A stretch of DNA of 64,000 nt, taken from Laetmonice hystrix. Taxonomy: Eukaryota. The DNA is taken from positions 4,402,001 to 4,466,000 of the forward strand of contig OZ249443.1 of NCBI GenBank assembly GCA_965235115.1, read 5' to 3'. The position numbers and the translations under genes were made by a program. This document shows positions 14,083 to 23,483 of the stretch, piece by piece; position 1 is the stretch's first letter; each line of letters begins with the position of its first letter. The notes beneath the pieces are model-generated. The model ran no database searches and was not told the DNA's origin. It was given only the letters and a program-made list of their open reading frames with translations.

Positions 14083-14695
14083 CCCTCTGCCAGATGAAGG
14101 GTTGGAGAATCCGCGGGCTGCCTGGGTATTTCCACCACCAGCTGCTAGGAAACTGGCCGGGATAGCCCCATATTGCACCCTAATGTCTCTGACCTTTGAC
14201 CTTGGAGACTCCCCGCCATTCTCCCTGCATACCCCCTAGCCCATTAAGTTGCCATGGAAACCAGAGGGTGAAGGAATGAGGGCTTCGGACTTGCCCCCGA
14301 CATTTTATCAAACGCTACGTGCGGATGTTGAATTCATGAATCGACAACTGTTTAAAATGAAATGCTTTTTTACCAGTCACAAAAGATCTTGTAGATGGCA
14401 TGCTTTGAAATACCGTTCTTCTAATTCCAATCTGGGGAAATACAAGACCTCTCTGTGTAGGACACAAAAGCCTGTTGAGAGTTTAAAATATTTTTGTCTT
14501 CTTCTCTGGCAGTGGCTAAACGTTTTGGAGTGGGACTTCAACAATTGGAAGGGAATCCATTTCATAGACGTAGACAGGGGGCCTCTGCAGAAAGGTGTGG
14601 GCGGCACCATTGCACAGCAGGGACTGCGCTTTCAGTGGTTGTCAATGGTAGTGGGCCGAGGCCTGCTAAGTGGGGTGAGGAGGGTTGGGAGAGAC

Positions 14696-15746
14696 TGCGT
14701 TGGGGTGTTTTCTTTATGCTATTGGTTTTATATGAGATGTTTAGATGATGTTTATACTTTCCGTTCGTTCTTTGAGTTTGGGGTTTAAAGGTCCGTTCTC
14801 CACCAGGCTTGCGCCACTATTGTCATTTTACGAGAGGTACTAAGGTTCTTCCCAACGCTTAAAAGGGGCTAGCATCAAATGGTAGGGTTTCCACTCCTAA
14901 AGGTAAACGGTTATAGATGATTTCCCAGGTTCTACCACAACATTGACATCTGCGATAAAGTTCTACTATTTATTAACGATCCGTGAACAATCCTTCGTCT
15001 TCTTGTGAGTACATGGGTTGGTGACGTGAATGAATACACTTGCGATATTATCCGATGAGTACAGAAACCAGACCAATAGGTAACACCGTTGAGGTAATAT
15101 ATTCCTTTGCCGAGCACTCTCAGGAGAATAACGGAATCCCCGTTCCGTTTCATATAACTTCCAGAACACTTCGTTTCACCAATATATTCCGGGCACTAAT
15201 ACATGTACACTCTTAATCCATGGAACTTTCCAAACACTTGATAATCCGGCTTTCGTATACTCCCTCGTATAGTCCCGTAAATTCCGTTCTCTGGATCTTA
15301 TCGTATCCCACAACCTAGTGAAGACCACCAGCTCACTCCTCTCTCCCACTTTCTGATCTTAAGACACTGCACTGCGCCTTTGATTCCTTCTATTTTCCTA
15401 TTTATACCCCCCTTATTTTCGATCTATGTCAGTTTTCTCGATCTATGTCATGTCCTAACCTGCACTCTTCTCCTATTGGCCTAAAGTGTTACTACCTCCT
15501 AATTATTCCGGCCTGGTTTCCTTTATCTATCTGGGTCTTAGTTCTCCTTCTCTGCTTGCCTATTGGTCTAAAGTGTTACTGCGTCCCAATTATTCCGGCC
15601 TGGTTTCCTTTGCCTATCTGGGTCTTAGCTCCCCTTCTCTGCTCGCCTATTGGTCTAAAGTGCTACTGCGTCCCAATTATACCTCTCTCTATTTCTGCTC
15701 TGACTCTCAGGTTTCTGTTCCTATCCGACCCCAGTGTGCCAACACA
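14696..15746 (-). repeat. 3' LTR (1051 bp)
   Basis: Matches 23484-24540 by eye apart from a 6 bp indel near the U5 end; AATAAA on - at 14969-14974. Confidence 0.93.
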
Positions 15747-15765
15747 CCCGCCGGGTCCCCTTTTT
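15747..15765 (-). other. Putative polypurine tract
   Basis: Minus strand AAAAAGGGGACCCGGCGGG immediately precedes the 3' LTR TG; the tract is imperfect. Confidence 0.45.
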
Positions 15766-16170
15766 AAATAATTTCCGCAGGGAATTATTTATACCCGGGG
15801 AAGTCCACCATAATAACTATCTAACTAACATTCACTAAGCTTGCTTTATCGCCTACTTGTAAAGACCGTTAAAGATATATAGAAATAATTACCCAGCATG
15901 CTCCATCGTATACCTTATCAATTGACTTGTAAATACAGTCATAGATATCTACCTATAACATTTCTAAGCATACTTCGTTGTATACATTATTACCGTGTAA
16001 ATACATTCATAGATAGATATATATATATTCATTTATATAATTACTAAGCATCCATTGTATGCATTATCAACGTTTAAATAACGTCATAAATATATTTTAT
16101 AAGTCAGTTCCGTATTCCTTCGTAATTCGTAGTTAAACACAATAATCAGTTCATCTCGTACTCCTCGTGT

Positions 16171-16935
16171 TTATCCGTTATCGTTGCCTAAGTCCATCAC
16201 TGCACACGTAAAAACCCAAAGTTTTTTTTTTTTTTTTTTTTTTTCTAAGCATGCTTCCTCCCCGTGTACGGGAAAAATTAATTTCTTGTTTCGTCCTCCT
16301 CGTGGCACCTTGTTGTTTGTTACATTGATTAAGTGAATATTTTCCTGTGATAATTCGTTTTGCAATTTCCCAAAACCTTGTAAACCTCGAGAAATCGCTT
16401 TTATAGCCTTGGCATTCTTAACTATATCTCTATTTCGTCCCGTGCCAAACAGATGGTAGCTGATATCTGATATGATCTCAAAGGGTGCTCTGGGCTCTCT
16501 CCTGGCTGACCACTCATCATTTGAGAGTAACCCTATTGCCTCATCGATGATACCTTGAACCGTCCTCATGGTCTCATTTAACCCGTGCGCTGCCGATTTT
16601 ATGTATGTGCTGAACCTCATACAAGCCTTGTGTACGCCAATTCCGTATGTAACCCCGCGTCGACCTCTGAGGTTACACACCTTCAATAGATTATCCACAT
16701 GTCCGAACTCTACCCCTGGGACTTCCACCTTGAAGACCTGGTAGAAGAAAACCGACTCTGCTGTTGATATTAGCTTAGATGGCTGGAAAACTATTCCGTA
16801 ATCCAGCCTCAACTCCGGGTCCTGCAGAAACACCGCCTCCGACTGTCCAATTATCATTATCATCATCATTAGTATCCCCAAAACTTCTCGGGATACTCTG
16901 GCCTGGCCTTCGTTGGTCACTCCTTGCTTCACCAT
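16171..16935 (-). pseudogene. env: env-like class I fusion glycoprotein, C-terminally truncated
   Basis: Signal-peptide-like VLGILMMMIMIIGQSEA, Cys-containing N-terminal subunit, basic cleavage site RREPR, hydrophobic fusion-peptide-like APFEIISDISYHLFGTG and a heptad-like segment, then abrupt low-complexity sequence with no TM helix. The ORF is open from TTG 17259; ATG 16935 best fits the signal peptide. Confidence 0.7.
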
Positions 16936-17398
16936 GGAACCCTCAGGGGGTTTCACGCGTGTGGACGGGTTTATTATGCCTGTTGCTGGGCGCCGTGTCG
17001 GCCAGCTATGTCTTTCATTGTGGAGGGTACCTGCGTCCCAAGACATCCGTGCACCCTCGTATACATTAGCCATAGACGAGTTAGGGGTGCCGGGCCTCAT
17101 GGCTGCGGCGGCCCTGCAGGTCATACCTCCGTCTGCCGTTTCTCCTTCAACCGTTACTACTGGTTCGCAGACTTCTCCTACCCCTATTACCTCTTCCTTG
17201 ACCACGGCTACCTCTTCCTCGACTTCCGTCGGGCCCATTCGTGTCCGAAGGGAACCCAATCGTTACCGACCTTACAGCCCCGTGACCGAGGCTGTGTCTC
17301 CGTCCGTCCCCGAAGATGGCCAACCGTCCACAGCAGTTTCCTACACCTCTATGTCCACTGAAGATATCTCCACCCTCCTTCAATTGGCCTCGGAGTAA
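16934..17398 (+). CDS. Antisense ORF (154 aa, S/T/P-rich) inside the retrotransposon
   Basis: ATG in ACCATGG Kozak context; open to TAA 17396-17398; fills the interval between the putative env start and the pol stop. Confidence 0.4.
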   Translation: MEPSGGFTRVDGFIMPVAGRRVGQLCLSLWRVPASQDIRAPSYTLAIDELGVPGLMAAAALQVIPPSAVSPSTVTTGSQTSPTPITSSLTTATSSSTSVGPIRVRREPNRYRPYSPVTEAVSPSVPEDGQPSTAVSYTSMSTEDISTLLQLASE

Positions 17399-17428
17399 TG
17401 TACTGGTAAGTTTTCTTTACTGTCTTCT

Positions 17429-20400
17429 CTAACACATATTATCGTCCGGGTTGAATCCTTCACTGAAGTCCTTTCTCTTGACCCAGGACTTCTGTTTTCC
17501 TTTTGTCCACTGAACTAGATATGTCCATTCACCGGACTTAAGTTGTCTTTTCCTTATAATCCTATCAATGGACCAGTATGTATCCAGGTGATCTTCCTTA
17601 ATGTCCCGATGTGTTCTTGTTCGATGCTCCTCCCGGACTGGGACGTCCCTGGCCGTATCACTCTTTTTATGTGGTTGAGTTGTATGTGTGTCCCCAGGTG
17701 AGGTGGCTGGCTCCTCCGGCACTGGTATGTCCTCTGGATCTCCTAGCATAGGAGCCCATGTTAAATACGCACGCTTGACCTTATTGACATTATAATAATG
17801 GTCCAATGTTTTTCCTGTTGATAACGATCTAAGTTTGATCATGTGATCGTCCTTCTTGTCTACCACCCGATATGGCCCTGTATATCTCGCACTAAATTTG
17901 GAAACACGATTTGCTGCACATGTAGGGTCATACAAATAGACACAGTCCCCCACATCAATGTCCGTCGGCCTCGCACCTACATCCAACTTATTTCTCATCT
18001 GCTGCTCGTACTCATCTGTAACCTTAGTTGCCATATCGCGCATTACCTTCAGACGTTCCACAACATCTGCAAATTGTTCATTATCATCCCGTGGGCCCGT
18101 ATCCTGCCCATCGTTTATGACGGGAACGTTCATAGGGAGTGCGTCCCTGCCATACAACAGCGTGTATGGTGAAAATCCTGTTCTTGCATTGACCGTTGAT
18201 CGTATAATCCACAAAGCTGATGGAATCAATTTCGGCCACCCGACATGTGCTCCTTCAATATAACATGAAATCTTATCCTCCAACGATTTATGTAATCTTT
18301 CTACTCTTGCATTTCCCTTTGGCATATGCCCGCTGGTAAATGATTGTCGACATCCCACTCTGGAAGTCACTTCCTTCATAACTTTGCTGAGAAACGATTT
18401 TCCTCTGTCTGAATGCAGTCGTTCTACTTTTCCATAACGGCAAATAATTTGTGTCAGAAAAACATCCGCTACTGTTTTGGCAGACTGATCTTTGGTGGGG
18501 AAAGCCTCTGGCCATCCCGTACATACATCGATGAAGGTCAGTATGTATTTGTATTGATCAGCCGTTATCAGTGGTCCAATGAAATCACACTGTACCCACT
18601 GAAATGGATACGCTGGCCTATCCCAAGACTTGGCCATTGCCCTGGGATGCGGCACTCGCTTCCTGAATGCGCATGTTGAACAGCGTCGAACGTAATCCGA
18701 TATCTCCGCCATCATTCCTCTCCAATAAAATTTCGAAGCTACCTTTTCCATGAGCGCTGTGCGACCCAAATGTCCTCCTGCCAAAATGTCATCATGTAAT
18801 AACTTTAGAACATCTCCCGTTAGTGTTGCTGGAATTACTATACGAGGCTCTAGTCTTATAATTTTCTTACTGTGATGTCGTACCCGTGGAAAATGGCATA
18901 AAATTCCCGGCGGTGTAACTCGCATATACTCTGCCTCCGCCACTAATTTTGTAGCCTTTTGGAAATCCTCGGGCAGACTCCCGTTTTCTAAATAATCCAT
19001 CATTTTCCGACATTCCTCGTCCTTTTTCTGCTCCTCCATAATATACTCTACTGACAAACTCGCATTATTATCATCGGCGCCCTTTTTGGTCGCCATTTCA
19101 CATTGCTTGTCCATGTTCTTTTTGACGTTATCCTCCTTTTCCTTTGACAGACTTACTGTGTTGTCCGGGATTAGCGGTATCAATGCTGTCGCCTGTGTCA
19201 GACCGTCTGTCTGCACATGGTATTTTTCTAGGGTGGGAGCGACCACACCCTCTTGTAGGCCTATTTCATTTACATCCCCTTTTCTTGAGTTGTCCCTTTT
19301 GGGGGCATTCCTCCCGGGGGCATCCTCTTCTGGGGCATCCTCTTCTGGGGCATCCCTTCCTGGGGCATCCTTTCCTGGCGCATCTCTGTGCGCATAAGGG
19401 CCATCCGTCTTGCGGGCATCCTCTTCTGGGGCATCCCTTCTTGGGGCATCCTTTCCTGGCGCATCTCTGTGCGCATAAGGGCCATCCGTCTTGCGGGCAT
19501 CCTCTTCTGGGGCATCCCTTCCTGGGGCATCCGTCCTGCGGGCGTCTCCTAGTGAGGCTACTTCTCCTATTGAGATTTCTACTGCTACTGAGTCCTCCCC
19601 CCTTGTTTGTGGAGTGGGCGTCCCCCTCCTTTCTGTCACCTCTATGTCTTCTTCATTTCCATTGTTTACAACACAACAGGCTCTATCCATAGACATTATC
19701 CTGTCGATTCCGATAGGCGGGTCACACTCCTGCGATGGCGGGTCTCCCGTCTGTACTCGCGATAAATAATCCGCCATATAGTGCTTTTTCCCTGGTTCAT
19801 AGACATATGATATGTCCATTCCTCCGAGATATAAGGCCCACCGTTTGAGGCGATTTGACGGTGCCTTATACGCATTCTCCAATAACGAAAGTAATGGTTT
19901 GTGGTCTGTAACTACTACAACCGTTGCTCCCTCCAATACATCCTCGAAATGTCTTAATGCACGCACCACTGATAAACCTTCCTTTTCCGAAACTGTATAA
20001 TTAAGCTCCGCTTTGTTCATCGTACATCCCCAATAACTAATTGGCCTATAAATTCCATTCACAAAGTGACACAATGCTGCTCCGCACGAAGTGTCCGAGC
20101 TGTCCGTTAGTAGGTAAAATGTTTCCTGAAAGTCTGGATGAATTAATATAGGTGGTCGAACTAGTGCTTCTTTAAGCGCATGGTATGCTTCTTGCTCCTT
20201 TTCTGACCATGCAAATTTTACTCCTTTTTTCAGTAACGCATACAGAGGCGTCGCCCGCTCTGCAAATCGTGGGATGAAAGCCCGGTAATATGAACATAAT
20301 CCCAGGAATGCTCTCACTGTTTTCGAGTTGTGTGGCCGACCAAATCGATCCACTTTGTCCAGAATCCTTTGCTGTGTTTTTAGTCCCTCTCTTGATATAA

Positions 20401-22024
20401 CATATCCTAGGAAATCTATCTCAGACCTACACCATTCACATTTTTCCGGTTTCAGTTTTAATCCTGCTTGAATAAGAGCCTTCAACAAAGTCGAAACATT
20501 CTCCAAATGTTCCTGAAACCCGGAATCAAAAGCTAGACAATCGTCCATGAATGAGACACATACCGACGGAACTAGTCCTCTTAAGGCTAATGACATGACT
20601 TTTGAGAAAGCCCACGGTGCTCCCACTAATCCCATGGGAATCTTCGTGTATTGAACAATTCCTTGTGTTGGTGCCTCGAATGCTGTGTACTGTCGTGAAC
20701 CTTCCTCTAGATCGCACTGAAAATATCCACTGGATAAGTCGACTCTGGACATCAGCGTCGGCTTTTTCGCTGCCAAAATCAGAAATAACGACCTGGCCGT
20801 AGGCATGGGAAATTTGTTTCTGATCGTTACTTTGTTAAGTCTGCGGAAATCCGTGCACATTCTAATCCTTCCATCTGGCTTACGAACTACCACAATAGGG
20901 CTACGCCATACCGAATCAGACGGCTCCAATATTCCAATATCCAATAACTGATCGACATGTTGACTTAATTCCCTGAGATGTCTTGGGTTATACCGGTACG
21001 GAGTAGTCGTAATTGGTCGTGTTCCCTCCTGTAACTCAATCCGCATAGGCGCTAAATCACAGCTTCCTAACTCCTCCAACGTGACAGCAAAAGCGGCCCT
21101 GTGCTGCTGTAACATCTCCTCAAAGATGATCCTCTGGTCAGCTGTTAGGTCTGACCCCGAGAGGTCAAAGTTAATAGGTTCCAGGCCCTTATGTAATTTT
21201 TGTGTTGATAGAACCGTTTTCGGCTCCGTGCTGTCCTCGCTGCTCTCCTGTACCTGTATGTTTATATCTACCAACGCCACCGGCTCCGTTGGTTCAATGA
21301 TGATAATTTCCTCTGAGGGATTCATCATCCGCACCAATACTCTGTTTTCGCATACCTTTGTCACGGCCTTTCCAGTAATAAACTTTCCTGTCTCGACCCC
21401 TGTGGTGGATGTCATAGCCACCGTGCCATCCTGCAATTCTTCTGATAATACACATGCTAAAATCACCTCAGAAAATGGTGGCACGGCCGTAGATGTCTCT
21501 ACACCCGCTGTTATCAGATCTCCAAGCCGTATCTCTCCCTTGTCATAATTCAGTTTTGCGCCATACTTGATCAAAAAGTCTCTCCCTAGAATTATGTTGT
21601 ATTGTAAATTTGGAAGGACTGTAAAAGAATGGCATACCAATTTATCGCCGATTTTAAATTCTAACTGTATCACTTCCTCCACTAAAACAGCTGATCCATC
21701 TGCCATAGTTACCAACTCGTGCACTTCTTCTATTTCTTGTATATTTTCCTTATGCCAATTTGACCTAGTACTTTTGTTCACAAAGGAATGGCTGGCACAC
21801 GTATCCAGTGCCGCCCAAATCGTTCCACCTTCTCCACAGTTTATCGGTATATATGGGGGTGTGCCTATGTCTTTCTTAAACGGCACCCTTATGGAATTGT
21901 CGTCCCCCTGACCCAGGCTTACTGTTCCTGCTGTCGAGGGACGACTCCGGCGTTTCCCTGACGTTTTTCCAGCCTGGCCGATGGTATGATCTCTGGGCGG
22001 TTTCCCCTTTCCGGCTGCCTCCAT
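17429..22024 (-). CDS. pol: Pol polyprotein: protease, RT, RNase H, integrase, chromodomain
   Basis: 1531 aa open frame: LDTCAS protease motif, RT (SFMDD, RMCTDFRRLN), RNase H (LTDSS...EKE...TDHKPL), integrase HHCC (HDDILAGGH...CSTC), D-D-E (CDFIG, HSDRG, RVERL), GPY motif, C-terminal chromodomain-like segment. Probably expressed by -1 frameshift from gag. Confidence 0.95.
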   Translation of the reverse strand: MEAAGKGKPPRDHTIGQAGKTSGKRRSRPSTAGTVSLGQGDDNSIRVPFKKDIGTPPYIPINCGEGGTIWAALDTCASHSFVNKSTRSNWHKENIQEIEEVHELVTMADGSAVLVEEVIQLEFKIGDKLVCHSFTVLPNLQYNIILGRDFLIKYGAKLNYDKGEIRLGDLITAGVETSTAVPPFSEVILACVLSEELQDGTVAMTSTTGVETGKFITGKAVTKVCENRVLVRMMNPSEEIIIIEPTEPVALVDINIQVQESSEDSTEPKTVLSTQKLHKGLEPINFDLSGSDLTADQRIIFEEMLQQHRAAFAVTLEELGSCDLAPMRIELQEGTRPITTTPYRYNPRHLRELSQHVDQLLDIGILEPSDSVWRSPIVVVRKPDGRIRMCTDFRRLNKVTIRNKFPMPTARSLFLILAAKKPTLMSRVDLSSGYFQCDLEEGSRQYTAFEAPTQGIVQYTKIPMGLVGAPWAFSKVMSLALRGLVPSVCVSFMDDCLAFDSGFQEHLENVSTLLKALIQAGLKLKPEKCEWCRSEIDFLGYVISREGLKTQQRILDKVDRFGRPHNSKTVRAFLGLCSYYRAFIPRFAERATPLYALLKKGVKFAWSEKEQEAYHALKEALVRPPILIHPDFQETFYLLTDSSDTSCGAALCHFVNGIYRPISYWGCTMNKAELNYTVSEKEGLSVVRALRHFEDVLEGATVVVVTDHKPLLSLLENAYKAPSNRLKRWALYLGGMDISYVYEPGKKHYMADYLSRVQTGDPPSQECDPPIGIDRIMSMDRACCVVNNGNEEDIEVTERRGTPTPQTRGEDSVAVEISIGEVASLGDARRTDAPGRDAPEEDARKTDGPYAHRDAPGKDAPRRDAPEEDARKTDGPYAHRDAPGKDAPGRDAPEEDAPEEDAPGRNAPKRDNSRKGDVNEIGLQEGVVAPTLEKYHVQTDGLTQATALIPLIPDNTVSLSKEKEDNVKKNMDKQCEMATKKGADDNNASLSVEYIMEEQKKDEECRKMMDYLENGSLPEDFQKATKLVAEAEYMRVTPPGILCHFPRVRHHSKKIIRLEPRIVIPATLTGDVLKLLHDDILAGGHLGRTALMEKVASKFYWRGMMAEISDYVRRCSTCAFRKRVPHPRAMAKSWDRPAYPFQWVQCDFIGPLITADQYKYILTFIDVCTGWPEAFPTKDQSAKTVADVFLTQIICRYGKVERLHSDRGKSFLSKVMKEVTSRVGCRQSFTSGHMPKGNARVERLHKSLEDKISCYIEGAHVGWPKLIPSALWIIRSTVNARTGFSPYTLLYGRDALPMNVPVINDGQDTGPRDDNEQFADVVERLKVMRDMATKVTDEYEQQMRNKLDVGARPTDIDVGDCVYLYDPTCAANRVSKFSARYTGPYRVVDKKDDHMIKLRSLSTGKTLDHYYNVNKVKRAYLTWAPMLGDPEDIPVPEEPATSPGDTHTTQPHKKSDTARDVPVREEHRTRTHRDIKEDHLDTYWSIDRIIRKRQLKSGEWTYLVQWTKGKQKSWVKRKDFSEGFNPDDNMC
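21899..21958 (-). promoter_or_regulatory. -1 programmed ribosomal frameshift signal (gag-pol)
   Basis: G GGA AAC heptamer in the gag frame (21958-21952), 6 nt spacer, then stem GTCGTCCC/GGGACGAC; pol is in the -1 frame relative to gag. Confidence 0.75.
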
Positions 22025-23283
22025 CTTCCATCTCTCGGACGGTCGCCTCTAAACCATTGACAATCCCCCCTTGATTGATGTTGGCGACAATAGGGAACAC
22101 CCTCGTCCCATGGACACGGGAACATTGTCGGTGGCGGCCTACGACCTCGTGCGAATCCACGGTCATATGGCGGTGTAACTTCATTCTCCTGACCTGGCCT
22201 GGTGGGCGACTGTCGGTCTCCCCGTGGTGGGCCATATTTTCGGGTCTGTCCCGCCTCCAGTCTGGCCAGGGCTGCCAAAATTTCTTGCATGAGGCTTGTA
22301 GGCTGGTTCGCTGCCGCACACGATTTCTCTTTTCCCTGGACCGATTCCAGCCTTGAGGCCATCCGTACTGCCTCAGTGAAATCCACAGGGTTTTGCACCG
22401 CTAGCTGGTTTGACAATGAAGCCTCGAGTCCTCCAATAAATACTGATAATAAAATCTGCTCGGAAACTTTATATTCGGCCTGTTTTTTCCGCAGGGTCCC
22501 AGCAAATTCCAATGCCGTCTGTCCCCGTCGCTGCTTTAACGCAAAGATATCTCTATGTTTTTGCCATCCCGGCCTTTTATCACTAAAAATGTCCGTTAAT
22601 CGCGTCTTCAGCGCCGTATATGTTGCCCGGTCCGCCGGATCTAACGCTTTCATCCAATCCGCTGCCGTACCTTTCAATCCATGTAGTGCCATGGCCAGGA
22701 TGTGGTCGTCGGGCCATTTATAAATACGTGCTAAACTCTCCGTTTCGTCAAAATACGTTCTGATGCATTCATCTGATTTCCCTTGAAATGTTGGTAACTG
22801 TAAATGCGGCATCCTAATCCCATTATTTCGTGCGTGCATTACAGGACTATCCCTTCCAGATGTGGAGCTATTTGCAGCCTCCTGCGGTGGCGGCAGTGCT
22901 TGTTGCCCCGCAGGAAGAACGGCAGGTGGCTGCTGTAGCACCTGCTGTTGTTGTTGTTGCTGCTGCGGTTGTTGCTGCTGCTGCAGTTGTTGTTGCTGCT
23001 GCAGTTGTTGTGGGGAGAGAGGTGGTGGCCCTGCTTCCTCCACCAGGTTGAGCTGTCCCCGATCCATATCTTCTCGTGGTGGTTCTATTGGCGGCAGCCC
23101 CTGTGCTCCTCCGCCTAAATTAGCCATTTGTCTATAATAGGGATTCTCGGCAATATCCTCAGTTGTGTATATATGTCCTTGTATACGTACTCTATCTCCT
23201 TCCAGTTCAATTTGTTGGAAGTTCGGATCTGACCTTAGTTGTCTTCTTTTCCAGATCGGCGGTGTGTGCGTCCCTTCTGCCAT
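21919..23283 (-). CDS. gag: Gag (454 aa from ATG 23283)
   Basis: Retrotransposon capsid-like region LQLPTFQGKSDECIRTYF...ALHGLKGTAADW...LKQRRGQTALEFA; poly-Q tract; R/P/G-rich C-terminus; overlaps the start of the pol frame. Confidence 0.9.
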   Translation of the reverse strand: MAEGTHTPPIWKRRQLRSDPNFQQIELEGDRVRIQGHIYTTEDIAENPYYRQMANLGGGAQGLPPIEPPREDMDRGQLNLVEEAGPPPLSPQQLQQQQQLQQQQQPQQQQQQQQVLQQPPAVLPAGQQALPPPQEAANSSTSGRDSPVMHARNNGIRMPHLQLPTFQGKSDECIRTYFDETESLARIYKWPDDHILAMALHGLKGTAADWMKALDPADRATYTALKTRLTDIFSDKRPGWQKHRDIFALKQRRGQTALEFAGTLRKKQAEYKVSEQILLSVFIGGLEASLSNQLAVQNPVDFTEAVRMASRLESVQGKEKSCAAANQPTSLMQEILAALARLEAGQTRKYGPPRGDRQSPTRPGQENEVTPPYDRGFARGRRPPPTMFPCPWDEGVPYCRQHQSRGDCQWFRGDRPRDGRWRQPERGNRPEIIPSARLEKRQGNAGVVPRQQEQ

Positions 23284-23470
23284 CCACAATAGACCAGCAG
23301 CCGAACTACAGTCTCTTCCAACCGTCCATTAATATTTTTATGCAATTGAAATAAATATGATCATCACAATCTGTTCTTATGTCGTCCTTATTGTCCTTAA
23401 GCAATCAGAACGATCCTCTGAATCTCCGTTATGGTATCCCTTGAAACAATCAACTGTCCGTATCCTTCGA

Positions 23471-23481
23471 ATTCTCCACCA
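23471..23481 (-). other. Primer binding site (tRNA-Ala type)
   Basis: TGGTGGAGAAT lies 2 nt after the 5' LTR; it is complementary to the ...AUUCUCCA-CCA 3' end of animal tRNA-Ala(AGC), recalled from memory. Confidence 0.7.
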
Positions 23482-23483
23482 GA

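Noticed and set aside
13299-14178. Repetitive ORFs (MAQQPWQPSGSQR...)
   Set aside because: The 52 bp period is not a multiple of 3, so the frame cycles; non-coding minisatellite.
14390-14420. RWHALKY resembling the Pbx RKHALNC exon
   Set aside because: The neighbouring residues do not match HRMKPALF and there are no suitable splice sites; chance similarity.
12500-14640. Possible L1/Tx1 LINE remnant (QGGVG-LIDI, HFILNSC)
   Set aside because: Motifs are too short and need frameshifts; no RT core visible.
14932-15771. ORFs duplicated at 23726-24760
   Set aside because: They lie within the LTRs; duplication reflects LTR identity, not genes.
17843-23137. Numerous + strand ORFs opposite gag/pol
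   Set aside because: Antisense shadows of the long - strand ORFs with no independent features, unlike 16934-17398 which occupies its own interval.
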